A DNA stretch of 63,436 nt, counting the filler, from Octopus bimaculoides (lineage: Eukaryota): NCBI RefSeq assembly GCF_001194135.2. It is 5 parts of 5 records of this genome, joined end to end, with 100 filler letters (N's around TTAATTAATTAA, not from the genome) between each part and the next. Parts side by side here need not be neighbours in the genome. Positions count along the whole stretch, not along the records: positions 1 to 14,245 come from NC_068995.1; positions 14,346 to 25,191 come from NC_068986.1; 3 more parts are not named here. One strand, given 5' to 3'. Of the stretch, positions 12,183-24,265 are shown piece by piece. Every line of letters starts with the position of its first letter. Within the stretch, counting starts at the first letter, position 1. The notes under the pieces were generated by a model. That model did no database searches. It was not told the origin of the DNA and saw only the letters and a program-made list of their open reading frames with translations. The translations under genes and the position numbers were made by a program.

Positions 12183-13545
12183 TTTGGCGATCGACCTTAT
12201 TGTTATAATAGTCAACAAAAGAAAACCCGAATAAAGACTGTAGAACGCGATAACATGACCCCATTCAAAAGTTGCTTTTCTAGTTTTGCATAACATTTCA
12301 TAATGATATTCTACAGACGTTTCTCAGACGGTAATTCCCAATAGGTATATTACACATTTTTCTTTCCTTCTTGCACGCTCCTTCTCTCTCTTCCTTCTCT
12401 CTCTCTCTCCCCTCTCTCTCTCTCCCCCTCTCTCTCCCTCTCTGTATATATATATATATATACTCTAGCGGGTAACGTCAGTTATTGAGGCCAAAATAAA
12501 TTAATAGAAAAGACATAAAAGAACAGAAAAGCTTATTTTCTGCATGACAAGTCATAATTGCAGCGCGTTGATGATATGAACTAGCTGGTGAAAAAGGAAA
12601 GTGTGACTTGTTTGTTCTTTGCCTTTCCCAGCCAGCGGAATCATTAACGTAAATAACATAAAATCGAAGCATATGAAGTAAAGGGAGAAACAAAACATGG
12701 GATTTTTTTGTGGAAATATACAGACTGCAAAATAAGCTAGACAGCTACTCCTTGTGTACACTCCGAAATGTAGAGAGACTCTCCGAAATGTAACTGACCG
12801 AACAGTGCAACTGATATTCAGAGCACACATATTGCTAATTTGGACTTCCATTTAGGAAGTTCAGCAATCTAAATAAAACATTTCTTTATTTCTCAAATTT
12901 CATAGACTAGCTCCATTTATTCGAACTCGACTATTGTCGATTCCACCACATTCATCTTGCGTATCATAATATTTCTAAAATCTTCCACACAGAAGCATTT
13001 ATTCGAACACCTTTTGGTTTGTGGTAAGGACATCACAGCAATACACCGCTCCGGGCAGGAATTAACCACTGTCACCCAATCGCGCTCATTTCAAGTATCA
13101 TATACAGAATGATTACAAACGCAAACAAACTACATTCAGCAATTTATGTTTCGTTTCGCTTCCACCAATATTTCATGAAGTTTTCTTACAGTGACCTTTA
13201 CGATACTCTTGTTTTCCTATCCTCCACTACCGGTCTCTCATTTTTGAGAACTTCACCGAAATAAATGGTAGTTGAAAAAATCTAAGCCTTTAAACGTATC
13301 TCGAACGGTTACACTATGGTATAGTGTAACCGTTAATATAGCAAGATACAATAATCGTTAGTAATGATTTTGTTCCTGTCACTTTCAGCAAAGTCCTCTC
13401 TGAAACTGATCTATATCTGTGTCAATTTACGATCTGTCACTCGAACTGATCTATAACTTTTGAATGTGGTCATGTTATCGTGTTCTACAGTCTTTATTCG
13501 GGTTTTCTTTTGTTGACTATTATAACAATAAGGTCGATTGCCAAA
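12183..13545. repeat. Inverted repeat pair, 91-bp arms (12183-12273 / 13455-13545)
   Basis: Arms are reverse complements with 3 mismatches by eye. Confidence 0.9.
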
Positions 13546-13904
13546 AATCTCTAACAATTGCGATCTGCCACTCGAACTCACAAATTCTCATATAATACAA
13601 TTATTTAAATATAAATACTAAACATGTCAAATAAGCACTATTCTAATACTCGGAACGTAATGTATCTTTACATATTATTGATTTAACTGGAGTGTTTTTT
13701 TATCTACATATGCTGAGTCTGATAATTTTTTAGATATCGTTGTTTCCTTTCTTTACTTAACTTACACATTATTATGCGTTTCGTTTCAAGTATATTTTAG
13801 AATTACTTAAACGATAAATTACTTAACACAAATAAGACCGGAGAACATTTTATTAATTGACAATTAATAAACATTTCCATACAATCATCGTTCACGTGTA
13901 CCAT

Positions 13905-14245
13905 ATACATTTCTTTTATTAGCCACACAGGGCTCAACGAAGATGGGACAAATACAATGTAGAGCTTTACTTTTTGGGTGGGAGAAGGAAAAAAAAAGGG
14001 GGTGTGTCGATCAAAAGGGATTGTAGGAAGGGAAAAAGGGGGGAGCTTGATCAAAAGGGATCGAGAGAAAAAAGAAAGAGCGATCAGTAGGGATCGTGTA
14101 TCACAAAAAGAGGGGAGGACAGTTTAGGTTTAGCCGTGGAAAGAAAAGCCTACGGAAAAGACCACGGTAACCTTGGTCAATATTGTCATTGAAGAAACTA
14201 TAACAGTAAGTGACTCTCTTTTGCCTTTTTGTTTTGTTTTTTTTT
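13905..14245 (-). mobile_element. Probable 3' UTR/terminus of a non-LTR (Tx1/L1-like) element
   Basis: Minus strand is pyrimidine-rich and ends ...GAGCCCTGTGTGGCTAATAAAAGAAA (polyA signal); family assignment from recall only. Confidence 0.3.
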
Positions 14246-14345
14246 NNNNNNNNNNNNNNNNNNNNNNNNNNNNNNNNNNNNNNNNNNNNTTAATTAATTA
14301 ANNNNNNNNNNNNNNNNNNNNNNNNNNNNNNNNNNNNNNNNNNNN
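14246..14345. other. Artificial scaffold linker (44 N + TTAATTAATTAA + 44 N)
   Basis: Six-frame-stop 12-mer at 14290-14301 centred in exactly 44+44 N. Confidence 0.97.
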
Positions 14346-14469
14346 CTGTTGATGAGCGTAGGCTCACAACATAAAAGACTTTTTCATTTTCCCGAGCATC
14401 GAACTAATGCACCTGCTTGTTGTTAATACACTTGTCTTTTTCTATAAATTTCAACTATATACATATGTA

Positions 14470-17099
14470 AAGGTGTGGTGGAACAATGTTGTTGACACAG
14501 TCATTAGGGAAAAGAAACAGGCCTAGAAGGACTGGAAGAATGGTGGTAGCAGGGAATTGTATCAGACTACCAGAAGGGAAGCTAGGAGACAGGTTTATTT
14601 AGCCAGAGGGGAAACAGATGAGAAAAAATTTGCCAATGTTCTGCACTGTGAGGACCAAAGACTTGAGGTATTTCATGTTGCAAGACTGTGAGAGAGAAAA
14701 TCGTGATGTCGTAGGAGAGAAATGTGTCCGCATGGATGATGGTTCACTGGCATTAAACGAGGCTACAAAGAGAAGTTTGGAGACACCACTATGAAAGGTT
14801 GCTAAATAAAGAAAATGAATGGGAGAAAGAGAGTCTGCCGAATGTCGACCCAACAGAGAGACCAGCTATCCGAATTGACAGTACCTTGGTAGATAAAGCA
14901 ATTAAGGGTATGAAGACAAGGAAAGCCCCCAGCCCATCAGGAATCACTGCAGAGATGCTCAAAATATTTGACGGTGTCGGCTATAGCCTAGTCATCTCTA
15001 TAGTCAATCAGATGATACATGAAGGAGTTGTACCTTATGACTGGTGTAGCAGCACCATAGTCAACTGCTACAAAGTTGAAGGCGACTCTTTAGATGCAAA
15101 TAATTACAGAGGTATCAAGTTGTTGGATCAGGTAATGAAGGTCACGGAGAGGGTCATAGCCCAACTAATTAGGGAGAGAGTCAGTGAGATGAGATGCAGT
15201 TTGGGTTCGTGCCAGGGAAAAGCACCACTGTTGCTGTATTTCTGGTAAGACAGCTGCAGGAGAAATACCTAGCCAAAGATAAACCTCTGTATCTGGCTTT
15301 TGTTGACATGGAGAAAGCCTTTGACAGGGTCTCCTGATCCCTTATCTGGTGGTCAATGAAGAAACTAGGGATAGATGAATGGTTAGTGAGAGCTGTGGTG
15401 GCTATGTACAGGGATGCTGTCAGTAAGGTGAGGGTTGGCAACGAGTACAGTGAAGAATTCTGGGTAGGAGTAGGGGTCCACCTAAGGATCAGTCCTCAGC
15501 CCCCTCTTATTCATCATAGTCCTCCAGGCAATAACAGAGGAATTCAAAACAGGCTGCCCCCGGGAGTTTCTCTCTGCTGATGATATTGCTCTTATTGCTG
15601 AATCACTACCAGAACTAGGGGAAAAGTTTCAGGTGTGGAAGCAAGGATTAGAATTGAAGGGCCTTAAAGTCAACTTAGCTAAAACCAAAGTCCTAATAAG
15701 TAGGAAGGCAGACAAACCACAAATCCCTTTAGGTAGATGGCCCTGCTTGATCTGTAGAAAAGGCGTAGGTAGAAACTCCATAAGATGTACCCAGTGTAAG
15801 CTATGGACACATAAGATGTGCAGCAATATCAAAAGAAAGCTAACTGGGTAGATAGTTTTTGTATATGGCAAATGCTCAGGAGCAATAAACACTGAAAATG
15901 TGCAGAGAACAGCTTCTGTCACATTCCAAGGAGAAAAACTTACAAGTAGTTGACAGCTTCCGTTACCTAGGTGACCAAGTCAATAGCGGGGTGAATGCTC
16001 TGAAAGTGTAGCTGCTAGAATAAGAATAGCTTGGGCACAGTTCAGAGAGCTCCTACCTCTGCTGGTGACAAAGGGCCTCTCGCTCAGAGTAAAAGGTAGA
16101 CTGTATGACGCATGTGTACGAACAGCCATGCTATATGGCAGTGTAACATGGGCCGTGACTGCTGCGGACATGTGTAAGCTTGCAAGGAATGAAACCAGTA
16201 AGCTCCACTGGATGTGTAATGTCAGTGTGCATACACAACAGCGTGTAAGAGCCCTGAGAGAAAAGTTGGACATAAGAAGCATCAGATGTGGTGTGCAAGA
16301 GAGACAACTGCACTGGTATGGTCGTGTTGCGAATGGATGAGGACAGCTTCGTGAAAAAGTGTCACACCCTAGAAGTTGAGGGAATCTGTGGAAGAGGTAG
16401 ATCCAGGAAGACCTGGGATGAGGTGGTGAAGCACGACCTTCAAACATTGGGCCTCACCGAGGCAATGACTAGTGACCAGAACTTTTGGAGATATGCTGTG
16501 CTTGAGAAGACCTGACAAGTCAAGTGAGATCATAATCCGTGGCCTATGCAAGTGGTGTTTAACCAGCCCACTTATGAGTACCCTTCATTCATTGTACAAT
16601 AAATTTTGCTTGTGAAGACCTGTTGAGGCAAGTGAAATTAAAATCGCTGATGTGGCTGATGACAGTACCGCCTGATTAGCACTTGTGCCAGTGGAATGTT
16701 AAAAGCATCATCCGAGTGTGATTGTTGCCAGGGCCGCTGACTGGCTCCTGTGCTGGTGGCATGTAAAAAGCACCATTTGAGTGTGATCGTTGCCAGCGTC
16801 GCCTGATTAGCTCATGTCTGGTGGCACGTGAAAAACAACATTCGAGTTGACTAGCCCTTGTGCCGGTGGCATGTAAAAGCACCCACTACACTCTGAGTGG
16901 TTGGCGTTAGGAAGGGCATCCAGCTGTAGAAACTTTGCCTGATCAGATTGGAGTATGGTGCAGCCTTCTGGCTCGCNNNNNNNNNNTTTGCCTGATCAGA
17001 TTGGAGTATGGTGCAGCCTTCTGGCTCGCCAGTCCTCAGTCAAACTGTCCAACCCATGCCAGCATGGAAAGCAAACATTAAATGATGATGATGATGATG
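14470..17099 (+). mobile_element. 5'-truncated RTE-clade LINE (RT with PHD-like insertion, 3' UTR with tandem subrepeats, (ATG)n tail)
   Basis: KAPSPSG..EMLK, NYRGIKLL, QFGFVPG, LAFVDMEKAFDRV, GV...SP.LF, SADD at about 15573-15584, VNLAKTK, RYLG, SLRVKGRLY..CVR, RGRSRKTW; several stops/frameshifts; tail at 17082-17099. Confidence 0.95.
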
Positions 17100-17169
17100 T
17101 GTGGCTCTCTGTTTAAAATGCTTTCCAACTTTGTGATCAAGTGTTCAGTCCCAAGTTTCTTCTACTTTA

Positions 17170-17583
17170 GCCATGGGTCAACGAAGCCTTGTAAGTGGAT
17201 TTGGTAGATGGGAACTGAAAGAATTGCACCGTATATGTGCATGCACATGCATATATTTGTGTGTACCCTTGTCTAGACATCACATGATAGTTGTAAATGA
17301 GCATCATCATCATACAAGCAAAGTTGCTCGTTTCCAGTCTTCTGTGAAAAACATGTCTAGCTATGGGAAAATATTATCTTGCTTGGAAACAGGTGAGGGT
17401 TAATGACAGGAAGGACATCCAGCTGTAGAGAATCTGCCTCAACAAACACTGTCCAACCCATGAAGTAGTGGATTTTAAACAATGACAATGTTGCTCGATA
17501 CTGCCCTGCAGCTCACCAGGTCCTCGCAAACCACCCAACTCATGCCAGCATGGAAACAGATGTTAAATAATGATGATGATGAT
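17170..17583 (+). mobile_element. SINE (family B-related) plus RTE-type 3' tail fragments
   Basis: GCCTTGTAAGTGGATTTGGTAGATGGGAACTG, GAAGGACATCCAGCTGTAG, CATGCCAGCATGGAAA and (GAT)n end. Confidence 0.6.
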
Positions 17584-18097
17584 TAAAGATAAAATAACTT
17601 GACAGTTGTACAGAACACCTTTTGTTTCCAGCAATGTGCTGTAAACCCAAGTCCCTTTCTTTTTCTGTTTACAATAAACCAAGCTAATAATAAATAACTG
17701 TTTTTGCTTGGAACTTAGCGATAGACCTTTCTGCTGACAAACCATACTGGCATGGGTTAGCTGAATACATTCTCCTAATTTATTTCCATGTGTTATGAAC
17801 AGATAATATTATCTAATGTTTATCTGAATTGCAATTTTTAATTAGAATCAAAATATTACTACTGTATTTTCTCGCATACAAGTTGACATAGTATATAGTG
17901 TAAACATTCAAACATTGTCACTATTGTTTCAAAACCTGCTGCATTTCACATGGAATTATTGGTGTATAAGTTGACTTGCCATTTTTATCTTTAAATTTTT
18001 TGTCTAAAAAATTTCACTTGTTTACCAGAAAATATGGTAATGTTTTTGTAATTTATTTATAGATTATTTCTTATATCTTTTTTTTTTTTTCTTCCAG

Positions 18098-18178
18098 AAA
18101 TGTATAGATATTCTAATTGAAAAAGAATATTTGGAAAGAGTGGATGGCCAAAAAGATGTATACAGTTATTTGGCATAG
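18098..18178 (+). CDS. CUL1: Cullin-1, terminal coding exon ([26 protein letters not shown])
   Basis: T-rich acceptor ...TTTTCTTCCAG|AAA; peptide matches the cullin-1 C-terminus ([26 protein letters not shown] in vertebrates); TAG at 18176-18178. Confidence 0.93.
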   Translation, partial: KCIDILIEKEYLERVDGQKDVYSYLA

Positions 18179-18799
18179 TCTGAGTGAACAATATATTGCC
18201 TTTTTTGGGGGCTGCTTGGTTCAGAATTGGTCTGTTCTGGAGACCTCTGTATTGATTATGAGAAGAAGTGGTTTAAGAAATCTCACTGAAAAGCAAAGAA
18301 AATTTTTGGTGCAGAAACTTGGCTGTTGAATTTAACTTAGGCAAATCTTCGACTCGGTATGGAATTATGCCTGAGAATTTCTTCAGAAACAAGTGCAACT
18401 TTACCTTCTCATAATTCTCTACCATGTGCAACAACATTTTACATTTTCCATAAACTTACCTTTGGTGGTGGTGGAGTGAGAGGAGGAGATGGTGTAAAGG
18501 ATTATCTGATAATTGCATTTAAATAATAAAAAAAAAAAAACATAAAATGGAAAAAAAAAGAAAAAATTCATTCTGAATTGGTTTCCTATCTGTTGATTAG
18601 CACTTTTCACTTTTTCTAGTAAAATATCAATTATAATTTTTTTTTAGTTTGTACTTTCTGTATTGTTTTTCTTTCTGTCGTTAATTAGCTTTTCTTTATT
18701 TTTGAAAAGAAAGAGTTTAATTTTAAATCGGAGCAGTATATTCCAAGTGTTTTGATCATCAGTTTTTACTTAAAATCTTATAACATTGTTTTTAAGCAT

Positions 18800-19060
18800 G
18801 CAGGTGGCACATAAAAAACACCATTTGAGCATGGCCGTCGCTAGTACCGCACCGCTAGTACCGCACCGCCTGACTAGCCCTCGTGCCGGTGGCACGTAAA
18901 AGCACCCACTAAACTCTTGGAGTGGTTGGCATTAGTAAGGGTAGCCAGCTGTAGAAACTCTGCCAGATCAGATCGGAGCCTGGTGCAGCCATCTGGCTCA
19001 CCAGTCCTCAGTCAAACCGTCCAGTATGGAAAGTGGATGTTAAACAATGATGATGGTGAT
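18800..19060 (+). mobile_element. RTE 3'-terminal fragment
   Basis: Homologous to 16780-17099; ends in (ATG)n-like tail. Confidence 0.85.
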
Positions 19061-19647
19061 TTGTACATGTAGTCTCATTTACCACTGATTCATTCTTCAC
19101 TGATCTGGGCTAACACGATACACTCAGTTGTGAGCCATGTTTCATTTGTCACAGATAGAGGTGTGATAACACAGGTAAGCAATCAATCAAATATTCTGCT
19201 TGTACTGGAAAATGCACCCATGCTCAGCTGCCCAGTATGCACCGACCATCACTCGTGTTTACATCTTCATGCTGCAAGTCTACATATTTTTTGTATGGAT
19301 TTATGGACTCATACCCATCAACATGGTACCAGTGAACAGGAAAAAATACAAAGGAATCTGATCCTAACAAACAATGTAGATGAGTGTATTATTTTTACAG
19401 AAAAACGTAAAAGTGATCAAGAAAATTTATGACAAGGGAAGCTTCACTACTGTGGACTGCGAGTGTGGTGTCAATGAATCTACTAATCATTCCATTTACA
19501 GAATACATGGTAATGACTAATTTATCACTGTGTTTTGTTTTTAACCAAATTCCTGTGATAAACGAGGACAGATGCATTTGTTAGAAAGAAAAAAATGATG
19601 ACAATGTAGATGGCTGATACAGACCATTGTCTGATTATATGAATGAA

Positions 19648-19870
19648 CCCTTTAGCATTCAGATTACTCTATTAAATGTAATACTTATTTATCCACATTA
19701 TTTTAAAATTAATCATGCATTATCTCACAGCTTCAAGATTTCAATAATGTGACTGTTTATTTTTAGAATAACATTATGGGGTGGCGGTATGAGAAGCCAG
19801 ATCTGGCCAGTTTGAACATAAAACAGATAGAATATTTGGGCTGGGTATGGCTGATTTAAATGCTAAAGGG
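19648..19870. mobile_element. piggyBac-like MITE
   Basis: TIRs CCCTTTAGCATT / AATGCTAAAGGG, flanked by TGAA (left) and TTAA (right); sister copy at 53899-54745. Confidence 0.8.
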
Positions 19871-20285
19871 TTAAATATCTAGTTTTTATTCTTCATGTTC
19901 TGAGTTCAAATCCCACCAGAATCCAGTTTCAAGTGTTCCATTTTGGTAGAATAACTGCCTGTAGTATACTGATGTTATCTTCATCAACTTTATCTCTTCC
20001 TTTCAGCAACTGAATGTTAAAAAGATGCCATTTGTAGCATTGTCAAGAATTGCAATAGACTCTCCATGCAAATATGCTACTGTGTGAGCATAAATTATAA
20101 TTTCCATTCTGTGTACTCTAAATAATCATTTGTATTGATCATAATTCTATTAAAAATTATGGTCAACACCATGTTACTTATTTAAGCCCTGTGAAATTTA
20201 GACCATTGACAGTTTTCCTCCACTGTTCTTAACTATGGGCAGTCTTTTCTGCCTCTCTACAGTTCAGTTGTTCTCAACTTTTTCA

Positions 20286-20370
20286 CAGTGGTTCCCAACC
20301 CTTTTATTTAAATGAGTACTCGTGGACCCCTTTTGATATGCTTATCCTTATGTATGTATATATATATATA

Positions 20371-20421
<51 letters not shown>

Positions 20422-20813
20422 NNNNNNNNNNNNNNNNNNNNNNNNNNNNNNNNNNNNNNNNNNNNNNNNNNNNNNNNNNNNNNNNNNNNNNNNNNNNNNN
20501 NNNNNNNNNNNNNNNNNNNNNNNNNNNNNNNNNNNNNNNNNNNNNNNNNNNNNNNNNNNNNNNNNNNNNNNNNNNNNNNNNNNNNNNNNNNNNNNNNNNN
20601 NNNNNNNNNNNNNNNNNNNNNNNNNNNNNNNNNNNNNNNNNNNNNNNNNNNNNNNNNNNNNNNNNNNNNNNNNNNNNNNNNNNNNNNNNNNNNNNNNNNN
20701 NNNNNNNNNNNNNNNATATATATATATATATAATTTTGAATTTAGTTCACAGACACCCAGTACTACCTTTGCGGACCACTAGGGATCCGTAGATCCCTGG
20801 TTGGGAACCACTG
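20286..20813. mobile_element. hAT (Charlie-like) MITE containing (TA)n and an N gap
   Basis: Perfect 15-bp TIRs CAGTGGTTCCCAACC / GGTTGGGAACCACTG; no clean 8-bp TSD; a second degenerate left TIR at 20265. Confidence 0.75.
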
Positions 20814-21119
20814 CTCTGTTGGATCCCTGCATTTTTAGCTCTCCCTCAGTATCCCACCTCCAGCTACTTTTAGGGCATCTTGTCTTCCATTTCCTTTCTG
20901 GGTTTCAGGTCAGAGCCTGATTTGTAATGCAGACAGGATGTTGGTTTCTTTTGGGATTTTGCTGCTCTGTGTCATGTGCTGCATGTGTTTCCCTGAGAAT
21001 AGGCTTTCTTCTCCCAGGTCTTGTAGGTTTTGAATTGTTATTGATGCTTCTGTTACTTTGCTTTTTTCTAGATAGGAGTATTGGCCCTAAGCAAGCCCAT
21101 TTTTACCTCTGGGAATTGT

Positions 21120-21366
21120 TTGGTTAGTCCGCATTACTCCACACGGAGCATGAGGCCAGTTTCCCCAGTTTCTCTGGCATAGATATTCCTCCCTGGATGG
21201 GACAGTAATCTGTTGCAGCATTACTCATTTTTACAAGTTGAGTGGAATGGAGAATGTGAAACGAAGTGTTTTGCTCAAGAACACAATGCATTGCCCAGTT
21301 CAGGAATCAAAACTACCATTTTACAATCATAAGTCCAACACCCTAACCACTAAGCCATGCACCTCC
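21120..21366 (-). mobile_element. tRNA-derived CORE-like SINE
   Basis: Minus strand GTGGAGGTGCATGGCTTAGTGGTTAGGGTG...GATTCCTG...GTGTTCTTGAGCAAAACACTT. Confidence 0.75.
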
Positions 21367-21838
21367 ACACCTCCGGGAAGTGGTGGTTCATATTTGTCTC
21401 CTTGTTATCCTTTGATCTGTCCACATGGGAGGCTCTGTCAGGAAAGTTTGCTCCAGGTTGGCCCCAGCCCTGATGAAGCTGACCTCTAATCTAAGGCATT
21501 TCAACCATAGTTGTCTCATTTTTCCCCCCTAAGTTTCGGACCCAGGACCACATTATCCAATATGCTCGTTTCTAAGACTTGAATTAAATTTGGTTGCTCT
21601 TTCTAACAGGTCAAGTGATTAAGTAAAGGCTCACGTGTTGGTTTGTATAATGACAAGATGGCAGCATAAGATATTAAGTACCAGACTAGATGTGCTTTCA
21701 ACAAAGTATGTGTTCTTAAGTTTGAGTCTTTCACAATTGATACTAACTTTCATCTCTTTAGCATTCTGGGATCAATTCATATGGCTGTTTTACTTCTCTG
21801 TCTGGGACAGTTATGTATATTTACTCAAAAGATATCTG

Positions 21839-21973
21839 ACCAACCACATGGTTCCAAGTTCAGTCCCACTGCGTGGCACCTTGGGCAAGTGTCTTCTACT
21901 ATAAGCCTCGGGCTGACCAAAGCCTTGTGAGTGGATTTGGTAGACGGAAACTGTAAGAAGCCCGTCGTATATA

Positions 21974-22014
<41 letters not shown>

Positions 22015-22149
22015 CTGTGTTTGTCCCGCCACCATCGCTTGATAACCGATGCTGGTGTGTTTACGTCCCCGTAACTTAGTGGTTCGGCAAAAAGAGACCG
22101 ATAGAATAAGTACAAAGAATAAGTCCTGGGGTCGATTTGCTCAACTAAA
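21839..22149 (+). mobile_element. SINE family B
   Basis: GTTCAGTCCCACTGCGTGGCACCTTGGGCAAGTG...GGTAGACGGAAACTG, internal (TA/TG)n, GTAACTTAG..GGTTCGGCAAAAG; runs into gap. Confidence 0.9.
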
Positions 22150-22810
22150 NNNNNNNNNNNNNNNNNNNNNNNNNNNNNNNNNNNNNNNNNNNNNNNNNNN
22201 NNNNNNNNNNNNNNNNNNNNNNNNNNNNNNNNNNNNNNNNNNNNNNNNNNNNNNNNNNNNNNNNNNNNNNNNNNNNNNNNNNNNNNNNNNNNNNNNNNNN
22301 NNNNNNNNNNNNNNNNNNNNNNNNNNNNNNNNNNNNNNNNNNNNNNNNNNNNNNNNNNNNNNNNNNNNNNNNNNNNNNNNNNNNNNNNNNNNNNNNNNNN
22401 NNNNNNNNNNNNNNNNNNNNNNNNNNNNNNNNNNNNNNNNNNNNNNNNNNNNNNNNNNNNNNNNNNNNNNNNNNNNNNNNNNNNNNNNNNNNNNNNNNNN
22501 NNNNNNNNNNNNNNNNNNNNNNNNNNNNNNNNNNNNNNNNNNNNNNNNNNNNNNNNNNNNNNNNNNNNNNNNNNNNNNNNNNNNNNNNNNNNNNNNNNNN
22601 NNNNNNNNNNNNNNNNNNNNNNNNNNNNNNNNNNNNNNNNNNNNNNNNNNNNNNNNNNNNNNNNNNNNNNNNNNNNNNNNNNNNNNNNNNNNNNNNNNNN
22701 NNNNNNNNNNNNNNNNNNNNNNNNNNNNNNNNNNNNNNNNNNNNNNNNNNNNNNNNNNNNNNNNNNNNNNNNNNNNNNNNNNNNNNNNNNNNNNNNNNNN
22801 NNNNNNNNNN

Positions 22811-23088
22811 CCCTGGACTGGCTCTTGTGCGGGTGGCACATAAAATACACCATTTTGAGCGTGGCCGTTGCCAGTACCGCCTGACTGGCCTTCATGCCGG
22901 TGGCACGTAAAAGCACCCACTACACTCTCCGAGTGGTTGGCATTAGGAAGGGCATCCAACTGTAGAAATTCTGCCAAATCAGATTGGAGCCTGGTGTAGC
23001 CATCTGGTTTCACCAGTCCTCAGTCAAATCGTCCAACCCATGCTAGCATGGAAAGCGGACGTTAAACGATGATGATGATGATGATGAT
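22811..23088 (+). mobile_element. RTE 3'-terminal fragment with (GAT)n tail
   Basis: Homologous to 16780-17099. Confidence 0.9.
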
Positions 23089-23089
23089 T

Positions 23090-23361
23090 TATTCTATTGA
23101 CATGTTTTGCTGAGCTGCTAAGTTATGGTGACGTAAACACACCAACACTGGTTGTCAACCGGGAGTGGTAGGCAAATACACACATATATGTATGTATATA
23201 CGACGGGCTTTTTGTTTCCATCTACCAACTCTGCTCTAAAGGCTTTGGTGGGCCTGCGGCTACAGTAGAAGACACTTGCCCATGGTTCCACGCAGTGGGA
23301 CCGAACTCAGAATCATGTGATTAGGAAACACACTTCTTAACATACAGCCACGCCTGTGCCT
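23090..23361 (-). mobile_element. SINE family B (reverse)
   Basis: Reverse complement of the family B head and body. Confidence 0.85.
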
Positions 23362-23873
23362 GTCTGGTCGTGGTGGAAATACTACCTTGCTTGGAGACAG
23401 GTGAGGATAAACGACAGGAAGGGCATCTGGTCATCCTAAATCTGCCTTGGGGAAAGATTCCGTCTAATCCATGCAAGCATGTAAAAATGGACGTTAAAAC
23501 AGTTATTTTATTTATTGTCTGGTACATATTTATATATGTATGTCAACAAGGTTACCATCAGGCTATATAAATTTGTTGACATGGCAATAAACAATGAATT
23601 TAAATAGCTTGTTGTTGACTAATTTTGCTTTGCTAATAGAATATCTTCTTCACCAAACACTTTTGTAGGTCATTGTAAGGTTGCTACATGAACTAGGTAA
23701 TGACAAAACGACTTCTGGTATTGTCCCAGTGTTACAAATATATAATGGAAAGATATTTTCATTGAAACGATCTTAGTTCAGGATTGGTAGTTTTAATTAA
23801 ATATTTTTTTCATTGAACCTGGAAGGATAAAATACAAAGTTGATTTCAGTTGTATTTGAAGTCAGACAACTAA

Positions 23874-23905
<32 letters not shown>

Positions 23906-23951
23906 AGCGACAGAGGCAGTATTAATACTAAGAGGTAATATTTATTCCCAC

Positions 23952-24265
23952 AAACGTGGAAGTTCTGTTAAAACAAACTTTACTGCGAGAGAAACTCCTA
24001 TATAGGCATTTTGGTGTAAAATGCACGCTTGTTTATATTGCTAGCAGGGAAATAAATCCCCACCAACTCCAGCGCCGAGACCACCAGACCATATGATTCC
24101 GGCCTTCCTTGGTTTCATCGGTTATGGTCTCGACACTGGAGTTGGAAATTTATCTCCCTGCAAAGTGATATAAACAGCGTGCATGTTGCACTAAAAGCCT
24201 ATATGAGAATTTCTCTCAGGGTATTCTACCGCAATAAAGCTTGTTCTAACAGAACATCCACGTTT
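23952..24265. repeat. Degenerate ~310-bp foldback palindrome
   Basis: AAACGTGGAAGTTCTGTTA...CCAACTCCAG.G.CGAGACCA pairs with TGGTCTCG..ACTGGAGTTGG...TAACAGAACATCCACGTTT. Confidence 0.8.

Noticed and set aside
12565-12640. TGATGA as a C/D-box snoRNA start
   Set aside because: No D box (CTGA) at a suitable distance and no terminal stem.
16660-16900. Spaced repeats as a CRISPR-like array
   Set aside because: Diverged tandem subrepeats of an RTE 3' UTR in a eukaryotic genome; no unique spacers or cas genes.
16934-17030. 43-bp direct repeat around a 10-N gap
   Set aside because: Unmerged contig overlap.
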